DNA of 64,000 bases. Source: the human T2T-CHM13v2.0 reference genome, Homo sapiens. Below are positions 1-15,205 of the stretch, piece after piece. The stretch lies in NCBI RefSeq assembly GCF_009914755.1, contig NC_060930.1; one strand, given 5' to 3'. Position numbers and translations under genes: made by a program. Each line of letters opens with the position of its first letter. Within the stretch, counting starts at the first letter, position 1. Below the pieces are notes generated by a model. The model had not been told where the DNA came from. It was given only the letters and a program-made list of their open reading frames with translations, and did no database searches.

Positions 1-194
1 ATATATATAAGCTTTGGAATCCTTTCTTCTAAGAAAGTTTAAATAGGAGCAATAAATAAAACAGATACTAGGAGTGATTCTGCTTGAAAGGAGAGTGGAC
101 AGCCCCATCCTCATCCCTACTTTCCCCAACTGCAGCCCTTGAAGAGAACCCCAGGGATTCCTTCAACCATAAGTTGGGGGAAATAAAAACAACT

Positions 195-312
195 CTGTTC
201 TAAACCATCTCATTTTTTTTAAAGATGAAGAAGTTAGAGTCCAGAGAGGTAAAGTAACTTGACCAGGTTCACACAGATAATTAGCATAAAAGCCAGGACC
301 AGAGCCAGAGAA
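195..312 (-). mobile_element. MIR fragment
   Basis: catttt..agatgaagaa..agagaggtaaagtaacttg..aggttcacacag core. Confidence 0.6.
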
Positions 313-1125
313 TGCCAAACAGAGCACATTTTGTTTCTCTGAAAGAAAGCACTGTGTACATTCAAAGACTTATTATTTCCACTGGGGGTAATTATACCCA
401 AGAAATGTGACGGAGAGAGGGGAGACTCTCTTGCCCAAGAAGTGGTGACAAAACCAACAGTTGCATAATTGATAAGTAAATGACGGTACATCCATATGAT
501 GGACTTCCATGCAGCATTAAGACAACTTTTCAAACAAATTTTTTGGTAATCTGAAAAATGTTAACTATAAGGTTAAGTCATTTTATTTCTTGAAAAAGCA
601 AGATATCAAATTATATGAACAGAATAATCTCAATTCTATTCAAAATATTTAATTATGCATATAAAAAGATTAGAAACATATAAAAATGTTAACAGGGATA
701 TTGTCTGACTGGTAGGATTATCAGTGATTTTTAAATATTATCCAAAGTTGCTATAGTGAACACACTTATAATCAGAGAAAATCTTATGGGGGAAGGATGA
801 GATGAATAAAATATCCAAAGCGGTCAATAGTAGATGAATTTTTAAAATCTATCCTTTTGAGATAATATTTAAAAAGTTATGCTAAAATAAAAATACATAA
901 TTGATGTTGGAGCATGAGAATGCATTAAATATTTAAATTTCTTCTAATGTTGTTCAGGCCTTAAGATGTCTTCCAACTCTAGTGCCAAGCACTGTGCATA
1001 CATGCTACGTACTCAATAAATTAGTTCATCCCTCATCCCTAGAGTTTCTTGGCTATATAATCTTCCGATCCCTCATATGCAAGCAAAACACCCATTAAAA
1101 ATAGTTGGTAGTGTACTTAGGACTA

Positions 1126-1444
<319 letters not shown>

Positions 1445-1453
1445 CACATGTGT

Positions 1454-1456
<3 letters not shown>

Positions 1457-1496
<40 letters not shown>
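1457..1496 (+). repeat. (CA)20 microsatellite
   Basis: Direct reading. Confidence 0.97.
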
Positions 1497-1498
<2 letters not shown>

Positions 1499-1619
1499 AC
1501 ACTCCAAATGTTATATATCAGGGAGATGTTGGCTTTTCATAGTTTTATAATTAATTGGTTTGTGTGTTCACTTTTTAAAACTAGGTCAATAACTTTATCT
1601 TCCTGCTTTTTCCTCACAG

Positions 1620-3942
1620 CCCTGCCAAGCCCAAACATGTGGAACTAAATCTTAAAACCCCTAAGAATCTTGACAGTTTGGGAAATGAGCACAATCCATT
1701 TAGCCAGCCAGTTCACAAAGGCAACACTGCCACCAAAATCTCCTTATTTGAAAACAAACGGACAAACAGTAGCCCAAGACACACTGACATTCGAGGCCAA
1801 AGGAATACTCCTGCCTCTAGTAAAACGTTTGTTGGGAGGGCAAAGCTGAATTTAGCCAAAAAAGCCAAAGAAATGGAGCAACCTGAAAAGAAAGTAATGC
1901 CAAACAGTCCCCAGAATGGTGTGCTGGTTAAGGAAACTGCTATAGAAACCAAAGTTACCGTCTCGGAAGAAGAGATTCTGCCAGCAACCAGAGGAATGAA
2001 TGGAGACTCTTCTGAGAATCAAGCTCTTGGTCCTCAGCCTAACCAAGATGATAAAGCAGATGTACAAACAGATGCTGGCTGCCTTTCAGAACCAGTGGCT
2101 TCTGCTCTGATTCCTGTCAAGGATCATAAGCTCTTAGAGAAGGAGGACTCAGAGGCTGCAGACAGCAAAAGCCTTGTACTTGAAAATGTAACCGATACAG
2201 CACAAGACATCCCCACCACTGTGGATACCAAAGATTTACCTCCAACGGCCATGCCAAAGCCACAGCATACATTTTCTGACTCACAGTCCCCTGCTGAGTC
2301 ATCTCCTGGGCCTTCTCTTTCACTGTCTGCACCCGCTCCTGGGGATGTTCCCAAAGACACATGTGTTCAATCACCCATAAGCAGTTTCCCATGCACTGAT
2401 CTAAAAGTGTCAGAAAACCATAAAGGATGTGTTTTGCCTGTGTCTCGTCAGAACAATGAGAAAATGCCACTTTTAGAACTTGGAGGAGAAACAACCCCTC
2501 CTTTGTCCACAGAGCGTAGTCCAGAAGCTGTGGGAAGTGAGTGTCCATCCAGAGTCCTCGTCCAGGTCAGGTCCTTCGTGCTCCCCGTGGAGAGCACCCA
2601 GGATGTGAGCTCCCAGGTCATCCCAGAGAGCTCTGAAGTTAGAGAAGTGCAGTTGCCAACTTGTCACAGTAATGAACCTGAAGTGGTTTCCGTTGCAAGT
2701 TGTGCTCCCCCACAAGAGGAAGTACTGGGCAATGAACACTCTCATTGCACAGCAGAGCTCGCGGCAAAATCTGGCCCACAAGTCATACCGCCAGCATCAG
2801 AGAAAACTCTGCCTATTCAGGCTCAAAGTCAGGGCAGCAGAACACCCCTGATGGCTGAATCCAGTCCCACCAACTCTCCCAGCAGCGGAAATCACTTAGC
2901 CACTCCTCAAAGGCCAGATCAGACTGTTACAAATGGCCAGGATAGCCCTGCCAGCCTTTTGAACATTTCTGCTGGTAGTGATGATAGTGTATTTGATTCT
3001 TCTTCTGATATGGAAAAATTCACTGAAATTATAAAACAGATGGATAGCGCAGTTTGTATGCCCATGAAAAGAAAGAAGGCCAGGATGCCAAACTCTCCTG
3101 CTCCTCACTTTGCCATGCCTCCTATTCACGAAGACCATTTAGAAAAGGTGTTTGATCCCAAAGTGTTTACCTTTGGTTTGGGGAAGAAGAAGGAAAGTCA
3201 GCCAGAAATGTCACCGGCTTTACATTTGATGCAGAACCTTGACACAAAATCCAAACTGAGACCCAAACGTGCATCTGCTGAACAGAGCGTCCTCTTCAAG
3301 TCCCTGCACACCAACACTAATGGGAACAGTGAGCCTCTGGTGATGCCGGAAATCAATGACAAAGAGAACAGGGACGTCACAAATGGTGGCATTAAGAGAT
3401 CGAGACTAGAAAAAAGTGCACTTTTCTCAAGCTTGTTATCTTCTTTACCACAAGACAAAATCTTTTCTCCTTCTGTGACATCAGTCAACACTATGACCAC
3501 GGCTTTCAGTACTTCTCAGAACGGTTCCCTATCTCAGTCTTCAGTGTCACAGCCCACGACTGAGGGTGCCCCGCCCTGTGGTTTGAACAAAGAACAGTCA
3601 AATCTTCTGCCCGACAACTCCTTAAAGGTCTTCAATTTCAACTCGTCAAGTACATCACACTCCAGTTTGAAAAGTCCAAGCCACATGGAAAAATACCCGC
3701 AAAAAGAGAAAACCAAAGAAGATCTGGATTCACGAAGCAACCTACACTTGCCAGAAACTAAATTTTCTGAATTGTCAAAACTGAAGAATGATGATATGGA
3801 AAAGGCTAATCATATTGAAAGTGTTATTAAATCAAACTTGCCAAACTGTGCAAACAGTGACACCGACTTCATGGGTCTTTTCAAATCAAGCCGGTATGAC
3901 CCAAGCATTTCTTTTTCTGGAATGTCATTATCAGACACAATG
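1620..3942 (+). CDS. CRYBG1: CRYBG1/AIM1 giant internal coding exon (2323 nt), S/P/T/E-rich N-terminal region
   Basis: Acceptor tcctcacag|C at 1619/1620 after a pyrimidine tract; open frame PAKPKHVELNLK...GMSLSDTM (contains the 796-aa ORF of the track); donor ATG|gtaagt at 3942/3943; phases 2/0. Confidence 0.96.
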
Positions 3943-4132
3943 GTAAGTAGCAATGTGTTATTATTTATTTGGGGTATTTTTAAAGCAAGGGAAGAGAAGG
4001 ATGATGAGCAACTCATGTTATTCTTTTAGAAATGGTTAAGCTTATGTGCTATAGTTTTTATTCATTCATCACATATTTGAAAACCTGCAATGTACAAGGG
4101 ACCGTTAGAGTGCAAGAAAAAAAATGTACTAA

Positions 4133-4522
<390 letters not shown>

Positions 4523-5384
4523 TGGCAATAAATCTTTTAAGGCACATGTGAATTTATATGTTGTATTATGAAAGGTATAGGTAAGCTTTTAGAGTTCAGA
4601 GACAGATGAGATGCTTTTTCTTACCTATTCTATGTAAAAATGCTCAGTGCTATACTTAGAATTTTGAAGATTTGTGAAGGAGCTTCCTCTATTTGGGAAG
4701 TCCCCAGCCAGGGAAACTTTTTCTTAATCCTTCTCTCTGTGAGATTCACTCTTTGTTCCCATAAGTAGCAATAGGTGTTTATCCTATGCAATTGAGACAG
4801 TATTTTGTCTTTATTGGGAATTAGTTTTCATTAGGGAAATATTTTTTTTACCCTGCAAAGCTGTGGGGAATAAAGAATTTTGGTTTTCATTGGATCTTTT
4901 CTTAAATATTAGAGAGAAGACAGCAAAACATGATTTTGGGGAATAATTTTGATTTCTGCATCTTCTTTTATCTCACTTCAGAAGATGTTTACTTTACTCG
5001 GTTTTTGATGTGAATTGCGCCTTTTTGTTACCAAGCTTATTTAAGGTGAGAAAGGACTATGAGAGAGGAAGGTGGAATATATGTTTAGTGATCAGCTCTG
5101 CCAGGCTAGAAACCTGAGTAGGGTTTGTATTCTGGTGGTCCATCCTGTGAACCCGGCTGTCTGGCAAGTGTGGACCTCAATCCAACACAGTTTATCTAGG
5201 CAGAAAATACCTTGCACCTTTCCTCGTCTGTACAGGGTACTGCAGCATGGTTCAATGTATTGTATTGGCTTTTACTACAATCCTGTCAGAGAATGTGATG
5301 TTGCAAGCTCTTTCAAAATATATGGTTGGGTTTCCAGCAGAGGTGCAGATCCCTTTTTCATGTGATTTCATAAACTTTCATAAA

Positions 5385-5732
5385 GTTTGGGTTTCAGATG
5401 TTTGGTGTTAGGACCCTTTATGTTTAAAAATGATTGAGAACCCCAACGAGCTTTTGTTTGTATGGGTTCTGCCTATCAGAATTTATTATATTATAAATAA
5501 TTGCTGAGAAAATTGTAAAACACCAGAAAGTAGAAGTGCACACTGCACCAGTGCTCAGAGCAACGATGTCATCACACATCATGGAGCCTTGTACTCCGCT
5601 GGACATTTGAGACAGAGATGAAAAAGGCAGGTGACTCTTCTTATTATGAAAATAGTTTTGACCCCATGGACTACCTGAAAGTATCTTGGAGACCCCCGCA
5701 GTGGCCTCTGAACCACATTTTGAGAACCACTG
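5385..5732. mobile_element. hAT-Charlie DNA transposon fossil (Charlie1-derived MITE)
   Basis: Ends in ccacattttgagaaccactg; internal aggacccttta..gagaaccccaacgagcttttgtt resembles Charlie1 termini; subfamily uncertain. Confidence 0.6.
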
Positions 5733-6221
5733 CTATAAACAAATAAGACTGAATCAGCCTATGGTACTCAGAAATCATAAAATTCTAACTATTTCTATTA
5801 ATAGTTATATAATAGAAATATTAACTATTTCTCTCAAGCACAAAATTTCCACTGGTCCACTTCCCATTCATTACTACTTTGTTCTTTTTAATTGTTCTTA
5901 GATCGCTTTCCTTATTTAACTACAGTCTGACAAAGTTGATAACAGAATATACAGTTTCCCTATGAAAATCAAGTCAAATGACATAAAAAGGAAAAATAAA
6001 ATCTTTATACTTTTTCTAGGCCTTTTTATGATTAAAAAATATGGTCTTTCTTTAGGTCCTGGGCTTTTATTGATTGTATATTCAATCATGAAGGTTTTAC
6101 CTGAATTTTGTTTTAAATTTTAGGCTTTTTCTTCAGTTTATCTACTTCTAATGTGTATATATACATAAATAGGTATATACCATCTGGCTTCTGATAAGGC
6201 TCTAGGGGGGCCCTTATGGCC

Positions 6222-6522
6222 TTTTTTTTTTTTTTTAGAGTCAGAATCTCGCTCTGTCACCCAAGCTGGAGTGCAGTGGCATGATCTCAGCTCACTGCAA
6301 CCTCTCTGCCTTCCAGGTTCAAGCGATTTTCATGTCTCAGCCTCCCAAGTAGCTGGGATTATAAGTGAGTGCCACCACGCCCAGCTAATTTATGTATTTT
6401 TAGTAGAGACGGGGTTTTGCCATGTTGGCCAGGCTGGTCTCGAACTCCTGACCTCAGGTGATCTGCCCACCTCAGCCTCCCAAAGTGCTGGGATTACAGG
6501 TGTGAGGCACTGCGCCCCAGCC
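6222..6522 (-). mobile_element. Alu (AluSx-like)
   Basis: Full antisense Alu. Confidence 0.95.
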
Positions 6523-6770
6523 TTTTGTGGTCTTCTGGGCATATCACACTCTGGTGTGATGCAAGAGCAGTCAGAGCAAAGGCAGTTCCTAAAATAGGCA
6601 TCCTGGTCAGCACTGAAAGTAGTTCACGTTTTGTAATATTTTTACATGTATAATTACTATTTTATTATCTTATGCATTTCTGGTTTTACTGGTCTTGTCA
6701 GATGGTCTTGAAAATGATTAGTTTTGGAGCCATATTGAAATGTATTTTGTCTATCAAAAAAGCGGGATTA

Positions 6771-7132
<362 letters not shown>

Positions 7133-7622
7133 TTAGACTAGTGGTTGTTATATGATTGTAGATTTACTATGAGAAAACAATATTTATATGGATTCAGATA
7201 GGGTATGTATATGAACACAAAATTGATTCAGCTCTTTCTAGGTAAGTGATTAATATATTCTAATTTATCTTTATTTGAGATGATACTGATATTATTTGAA
7301 TTAGAATCTCTTAGCTGAGTTCCTATTCTGTGAACTGACATGAAACATATGTGCCCTGAATTTTCTAGCATTGGTGGAAATAGCCTAGACATTTAAATTA
7401 GGAGAAATTGAAATGGCAAATTCAGTTAGAGGTGAAAAAACCTCAATTTAAAAGCATAAACTCAAAGAGTTTTAATACAACTTTAGCATCCATTAGAGTG
7501 GAGGTTTCAAAATCGATACAATGTGGGAAAAGTGTGATCTACCTACAGGATCGTGGGTGGAAAAAGAGGATCGTTATGTGAAGTTGTAATTATTTGTTGT
7601 GTTTTTGTTCATCTGATTGCAG

Positions 7623-7670
7623 ACACTTAGAGGAAGTGTCCAAAATAAACTCAATCCCCGACCTGGAAAG
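7623..7670 (+). CDS. CRYBG1: CRYBG1 48-nt linker exon TLRGSVQNKLNPRPGK
   Basis: ttgcag|ACA...GGAAAG|gtaaga; phase 0/0, keeps frame. Confidence 0.92.
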
Positions 7671-7757
7671 GTAAGATTATTTTCTGTTTCTAGTCTTGAT
7701 TCTATTTTGGTCTGACAGAGTACAACAAAGTGTGCTACCACTTTCGTTTTCTTGCAG

Positions 7758-7876
7758 GTAGTGATATATAGTGAACCCGACGTCTCTGAGAAGTGCATTG
7801 AAGTTTTCAGTGACATTCAGGATTGCAGTTCTTGGAGCCTCTCTCCAGTGATACTCATAAAAGTTGTTAGAGGATG
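7758..7876 (+). CDS. CRYBG1: CRYBG1 crystallin domain 1, Greek key 1 (VVIYSEPDVSEK...KVVRG)
   Basis: cttgcag|GTA...GGATG|gtaaga; 119 nt, phase 0/2; preceded by an 87-nt intron. Confidence 0.93.
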
Positions 7877-9149
7877 GTAAGAATGGCACTTTAAGTTCCT
7901 GATGTCAAGTGTTTGAGTTTTACATACTTAATTAACTTTTTAGTCCTCACTACTAGTTTAAAATTATGGCTTTAGCAATGAAAAGCACAGGAAATACTAC
8001 TCGTGGTAAGATAAGGGATTCATATCTTAACAATGTCATTTTAAATCATGTTTCTGATTATAGCAGTGATATATGTTTATGGGAGAAAAATCAGAACAAT
8101 ACAGTAGAACAAGCTTCTTTTTCCCATGCTTCCCCATAATATTGTTTTGGACTAGTCATATATCAGGGCCCATAACATACTCTTGGTTGATGACCTTTAA
8201 ATGAGGTTGATAAGAATTGCACTAGTTATGTTGATAGGCCAGATACGACTTTTCAAAAACCTATAAGGAAACTTGAGAACATGTAGGAAAAGGCAAAGTA
8301 AAGAAACAATAAGGAAAAAAAATCTATAAGGTAAAACAAAAATAATCTATAAAGAAAGGCATTTTTCTAACTTTTTAATGACAGTTCAATGCAGCACTAA
8401 CTTAAAATTTAATTTACTTTCCAATATTTCCACAAAAGATTGTTTTGGCTAAGTAAAGAAACTGGTGAAAAAAATAAATATTTTGACAGTTTCTGAAATC
8501 ATTTTATCAGCTTCATTGCCTCTTGGAGATACACAGGAAGTTGGGTAGAGAAAGGCAGCTTAAAAAAAGAAATCGCTGATCTGGCATAATAGTTATCTTT
8601 TGGTGCCTACTTGTAAACTTGTTTGAAGTAAAGAGGGTAGACCTCTGAATGTTTATGGATTTACAAATTCATAAGCTTTTCTTTTGGTCTCCATTTGATT
8701 AAATATGCAGCAGCTTTCCTATTAGATTTTTAGGTGTTTTAATATTTTTTCCTATATATCCAACATAGTCATGAGAAAAACAAGATTTGCTTTTATTCTT
8801 AAATTTGAAGACAAATGCTATTTTAATTGCTAGAGAATTGGCCACTAATATACAATATATAATAGTGGCAATTTTTTACACAAATTTTGTTTTTATGGAA
8901 CAGTACTTTTTCCTTTCTTTTGCAACTTTTGTCGGCTTCTTTTTCTTGAAAGCATAAGCATTTACACTGCCATATATTGACATGAGGTTTTTCTTTAGTG
9001 TTTGGCTGTTGTTGGGAAGAATATTATTAAAATGCTTTCCATTACCATATCTATAGTCTTTTGTGCCAACATATTCATTGATATGACTGTAATATGTAAG
9101 TTAAAGTCTCTCTAAGAGAAATGTTTTCTACACATATAAGGAGACAAAA

Positions 9150-9654
<505 letters not shown>

Positions 9655-9793
9655 TTAAGCTATTTTAATTGCTAGATAATTGGCTGCTAATATTCTATAT
9701 ATATATATAAAATGGCAATTAGCCAGGTTATTTGAGTAATCAAAACCTCTCTCACGAAGACTGACTAATGGTTTTGCTGTGTTTTATTGTTAG

Positions 9794-9959
9794 TTGGATT
9801 TTGTATGAGCAACCAAATTTTGAAGGGCACTCCATCCCCTTAGAAGAAGGAGAATTGGAACTCTCTGGTCTCTGGGGTATAGAAGACATTTTGGAAAGGC
9901 ACGAAGAAGCAGAGTCTGATAAGCCAGTGGTGATTGGTTCCATCAGACATGTGGTTCAG
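9794..9959 (+). CDS. CRYBG1: CRYBG1 crystallin domain 1, Greek key 2 (WILYEQPNFEG...IGSIRHVVQ)
   Basis: ttgttag|T TGG...CAG|gtaggt; crystallin signature WxxYExxxFxG; 166 nt, phase 2/0. Confidence 0.96.
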
Positions 9960-11438
9960 GTAGGTTGTGGTAAATATGGATTTTATTTATTCAGCTAATA
10001 TTTATGGATTCTTACTTTAAGGGAAATGTTCATTTTACGAAATATGTGATTGGGAAACATATTTGGTGCCTTATGGATATATTTTCTGTATTTTAAGTAT
10101 TTGTACACTTTAAATAATTTAAAAAGAAACATAATTGGTTAGATAATTTGTCACAATAAACCCTTTAGGTAGATCTTTTATGCCTGTCCTTCTATTCCCA
10201 TCTTCCAAATATATTTTACCTGGTAACTTGGTTTAAATGAGTTCTGCCTCTATGAACAGGTTTTTCATTTATTTAGTGGTTTTGTTTGCTGTATGAGTTC
10301 TGATTACTTTGAGTGGTTTATAGGAATTGTATTTTGGAAAAATAAATAATCCAAAAATAATTTGGTTGATTAACTCTGGGATTTCATGTGGGTTTAACAA
10401 AATATTATTTACTCTATTTGAGGCCACTTTATGGGTGAGGTAAAATTTCTTGGTTTCTTGTTATTTGATGAGGAAAGTGTTGTCAGAGTCTTTCTTTGTG
10501 GCTCTTAGGATTTGATGATTCTTTACCTTAAAAATGCAATTAATGATGTCTTCTAAGTAGAAAATTAAAATCCCAAGTTTTAATGGAGACGAGTGTCAAG
10601 ATGCAATACAGAGAAAAGGAACATTCTTACATGAGAATGAGTAAGGATGAGTAACAGTTTTGGCAGAGGAAAGCATCGCTTACTTCCTGAGTCAACATTT
10701 CTGAGTAACTTAGGTGGTAATTGGTATGCTAAATGATTTATCTTTTATTTGTTTTAAGTATATAATACGAGAAGACTAAGTAAGACTTGAGAAACCCTAT
10801 TTCAAAATGTCCTCATTAGTGGAATATTTTGCCTAGAGTTTTTATTTACTGCTCAAATAATATTGGAAATAAAGCAATGTTTAAAAAGATCATCTGATTC
10901 CCGCCATCATGAAGTGTCCCCTCCCCTTTTATTTTTTGAATTTTCTACCCTTTGTTGGCCATATTCTAGTCTGCTTTTTCTGCAGTAATAATCATAATAC
11001 AGGTACAATGCTGTTCCACCCTTCTCACCTAACACTGTGGTTCTCAATCCTTTTTTTCTCTTTATACCACTTTCCTGAAAATCACACTCCCCTTGGTAAC
11101 ATCTTTGTGATTGGCAACTGGGGAAGGTATCAGAATCTGGTGGGGTGAGGATTTGGGTGCATTCAGGAAGATGGGGAAGGGAAACGAGATCTCTTGTTTT
11201 GTCTGATAATAGCAGACTTACTGTAGCAAATGCTTTTCATGTTACCACAGGTTTAGGGTTTAGCTGAATATCATATTCCATTGAAATGATACATTATTTA
11301 TTGTTTAGTACATAAATGAGGTACCATTATTTATTTATTATTTCTTCTTTCAGTGAATCTTAAGGTTGTTTCTAGTTTTTTACTATTATAAGTAATGCCA
11401 CGAGAATGTTTTTGTGCATTTAATAATTTATAATTTTC

Positions 11439-11734
11439 TTTTTTTTTTTTTTGAGACAGTCTTGCTCTGTCGCCCAGGCTGGAGTGCAGTGGTGCAATCT
11501 CAGCTCACTGCAACTTCTGCCTCCCAGGGGTTCAAGTGATCCTCCTGCCTCAGCCTCCAGAGTAGCTGGGATTACAGGCACATGCCACAACACCTGGCTA
11601 ATTTTTGTGTTTTTAGTAGAGACGGGGTTTTGCCATATTGGCCAGGCTGCTCTCGAACGCCTGACCTCAGGTGATCTGCCTGCCTAGGCCTCCCAAAGGG
11701 CTGAGATTACAGGCATGAGCCACTGTGCCCGGCC
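11439..11734 (-). mobile_element. Alu (AluSx-like)
   Basis: Full antisense Alu; TSD taatttataattttct. Confidence 0.95.
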
Positions 11735-12664
11735 AGTAATTTATAATTTTCTAATTTGTTTCCTTGGGGTACATTTTTCTGAATGGTGTCATGTTAAAGG
11801 GCTATGATATGTCATGGCTCCCAGTGTGTCATGGATTATATTTTCTTCACAGATCGTGTGCATGGTTTCTTGAAACATAAAACATAAGTCACAGCGTATA
11901 TTTTCAAGGTTACCTTTTTAGCTCATTAGAGTTGTTCCTTTTGATAATATTTGAAAAGCCTCATCTGAGCTTATTCAAGTGTTAATATTTCTTCTGTCAC
12001 TCAGTTCACCCAACTCAGCTGCATAGATGAGTTTCAATAAATATTCCATTAACGCTTAGGCACTGGACCAGAAGAGGCCTTTTGAAGACTGTTTGGACCA
12101 CAGATATGCGGGGCATGGAACAATGACCAAAGTACAGAGATTTGTAAATCACTATGAATGTGTGCTTTTGCTTTTACGACTTAGATCAAACCAATATCAT
12201 AGAGGTTTACTCAGTCAAGGAGAGTTACCACAAAGCAACAGAGGGCTTATGGACACAAAACAGTGGCTGAGGAAGACTCCAAGAGCAGCCATTCTACAGA
12301 CTAGAGTCTCTGTGCTTGGATAATTATATCAGAGCAAAGGAACCAAAACCCCAGACCAAAGAGGACCAAGTGAGGATGAGAAAAAGAAATATATTCCAAA
12401 ACTCAAATAAAATACATTTCTGATGATCTTTGCTTGAATGCAACACTGAGTTATATAACTAAAGCAAGTGTGTCTGCCCCGAAATAGGTGTATTATTAAT
12501 TCATGGATGAAAACAGGAAAGGGCTAAAATGGCAGGTGCTCTGTGAAATGTGTTTGTAAATTTAAAGCTCATTTTGATTAGTTGTAAGAAGAAGAAGAAT
12601 GAGCTTACTAGAGAGTGAAATACATGGTGCAATTCTTACTATCTATGCATCTATATTTTTTCAG

Positions 12665-12804
12665 GATTACAGAGTTAGTCACATTGACTTATTTACTGAA
12701 CCAGAAGGGTTAGGAATCCTAAGTTCCTACTTTGATGATACTGAAGAAATGCAGGGATTTGGTGTAATGCAGAAGACTTGTTCCATGAAAGTACATTGGG
12801 GCAC
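12665..12804 (+). CDS. CRYBG1: CRYBG1 crystallin domain 2, Greek key 3 (DYRVSHIDLFTEPEGLG...SMKVHWG)
   Basis: tttttcag|GAT...GGCAC|gtaagt; 140 nt, phase 0/2. Confidence 0.94.
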
Positions 12805-13849
12805 GTAAGTATTTTTTTTTCAAACAAATTTTAATGAAGTTTTTTTGTGAGTGTAGTACTGGAAAAAGAGGACTTAAGATACTCTGACTCTAATTTGTCA
12901 TCCTGTTAAGTAATTATTAACTGTAAGGTATATTTTTATAAGGCACGTAAAATTCTGATTCTTTTGCACCTATGTTATGATTCATCTGTCTTAAAAACAG
13001 TATCGATTTATTATAGGAAATGGGGGGGGGATTGAATTTTTTAATGTAAGGCTTTCCTTGTCACAGAGAAATCTGATTTATTCAAAGCTGAGTAGCAGAT
13101 TATATTTTCATGGTGATTCAGAGGAGGTAATTCAAAGCACATGCCCCTGATATTTCTGGGGGGGGATGGAAGCCAACACACATGGTACTTCCTTGAATAT
13201 TTTCACACAATGCTGGTTCAAAGCCCCTAGGAGGTTGGTTTCACAAATCACAGGAAACAGCAAGAATATTTTGAAGGAAATGGGAATACCTCAGATAGGG
13301 GAGAAATGAGGATAGAAAGTATAGACTGCAATACTGAAGAATGTGGTCTCCAAAGTGAAGCACAAAGCCCCAAGGCATGTGAAAGACATTCACTGAGATG
13401 CAGGAAAAAACACTAAAGCTTCTTTCTATTTGATTAAAGTCTCCACCTCTTAAGATTTTATTTTTGTATATGTTTTCTAATATGCATAATGTATTAGTTC
13501 AGTGGTAATGTATATAATTTATAAATATTCATATATTCAGAGAATGCTCAAATGTTTTTACTAATGGTTTATACAGTCAAAAAAGTTTACAGCCTGTCCC
13601 TAAAGTGGTATGGAGTATCTCTGCAGTGAACAATAAGGCACTCCTTAATCATGCTTTTTGCATTCTATTTATTACTAAAAGCCTTGGTTTGCCATTGTTC
13701 ATATCTTAGAAAAATAATTTGCTTGTGTAAAAGGTAGGAATAGGATAAATTACAGATCATAGAATCTGATTTTTGATCCTCAGAAATGAGAAACTAAAAA
13801 CTTCTAGGCAACTTAACAGGAAGTGTGGCTATTGAGAATTGGTAGCAGC

Positions 13850-14095
13850 TATCCTTGAATAGTTGGAAGGTGGTCATATAGAAGAGATATTAGACTTGCT
13901 CTCTGTTATTCCATAGGAGGTCCCAGGAAAAACCAGTAGAAATTAGAGAGATGGATTTTGACTTGACCCAGGGAAGAACTTTCTGATGGTTAATACAGTT
14001 AAAATGGAAGTGGGCTGCCTTGTTAGGTAAAGAGTTTCTCATCGCAGGGAGTACTCAGGTAGAGGATGGACAAGAATTTATCCAGAGCTTTGTAG
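13850..14095 (+). mobile_element. L3/CR1-like ancient LINE fragment
   Basis: gggaagaactttct..aaaatggaagtgggctgcct..gagtttctcatc resembles the CR1/L3 3' end. Confidence 0.5.
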
Positions 14096-14509
14096 GGAAA
14101 GGAAAGTATGAGTTAGGTACCTCCTTTACGACAGTTTGTTCATTTATTTATTTACTTTTAACATTTTGAAATATAAGACACCTAGAAAAAAGTTCACAGA
14201 AGGTAAATGTACACTTAAACAAATAAAGTGAGCACCCAAGTAGACACCACTTGAGCCAAGAACTGGAACATTACCAGCACCCCAGAAGCCCGATGGTATT
14301 CTTTCCCTATGGCAGCCCGTCTCAGAAAACAACCTTCCTCTCCCAGAAGAGTGAGAAAATAACAAGGGAAGACTATAGTGATGGTTCGTCAATATACAAA
14401 GGTGTAGTTACTAGGGCAGAATTTGGGGTGTAGAGAACAATATTAATTTAAATATCTCCTCTTGATGTATAAAGTTATTTTCCAAGGATAGTATACATTT
14501 TACTGCTTT

Positions 14510-15205
14510 TTAAATTATTTTTAATTGACACATAATAATTGCACATATTTATGGGGTACAATGTGAGGTTTTGATACCTGTATACATTGCATAATGATCA
14601 AATCAGGGAAGTTAGCAAATCCATCACCTCAAACACGTATTATTTCTTTGTGGTAAGATCATTCAGAATCCTCTCTTCTAGCTATTTTGAAATATAAAAT
14701 ATATTATTGTTAATCATAGTTACCCTACTGTGCAATAGAACACCAGAACTTATTCTATTATATATTTTTACCACATTTTCTTTATTCATTCATCTGTTGA
14801 TGGACACTCAGGCTGATTCTGTATCTTGGCTATTACAAATAGCACTGCAAGAAACATGCAAGTGCGGGTATCCTTTGACATACTTGATTTCATTTCCTTT
14901 GGATATATACTCAGTAGTGAGATTGCAAGATCACACAGTAGTTCTATTTTTAATTTTTTGAGGAGCCTCTATACTGTTTTCCGTAATGGCTGTGCTAATT
15001 TATATTCCCACCAATAGTGTGGAAGAGTTCCCTTTGCTCCACATCCTCACCAATACTTGTTATATTGTGTCTTTTTGATAATAGCCTTTCTAACTGGAGT
15101 GAGGTGGTATCTCATTGTGGTTTTGATTTGCATTTCCCTGATCTTGAGTGATGTTGAACATTTTTTCATATACCTCTTGGCCATTTGTATATCTTCTTTA
15201 AATAA
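14510..15205 (-). mobile_element. L1MA-type LINE-1 3' fragment
   Basis: attgacacataataattgcacatatttatggggtaca...ctcattgtggttttgatttgcatttccctgat. Confidence 0.85.

Noticed and set aside
1713-4016. Many 68-143 aa minus-strand ORFs
   Set aside because: Antisense shadows of the long coding exon with no recognisable motifs
1639-4029. 796-aa ORF as a stand-alone single-exon gene
   Set aside because: It starts at a GTG inside an exon with a clear upstream acceptor and runs past a consensus donor at 3943; it is an internal CRYBG1 exon
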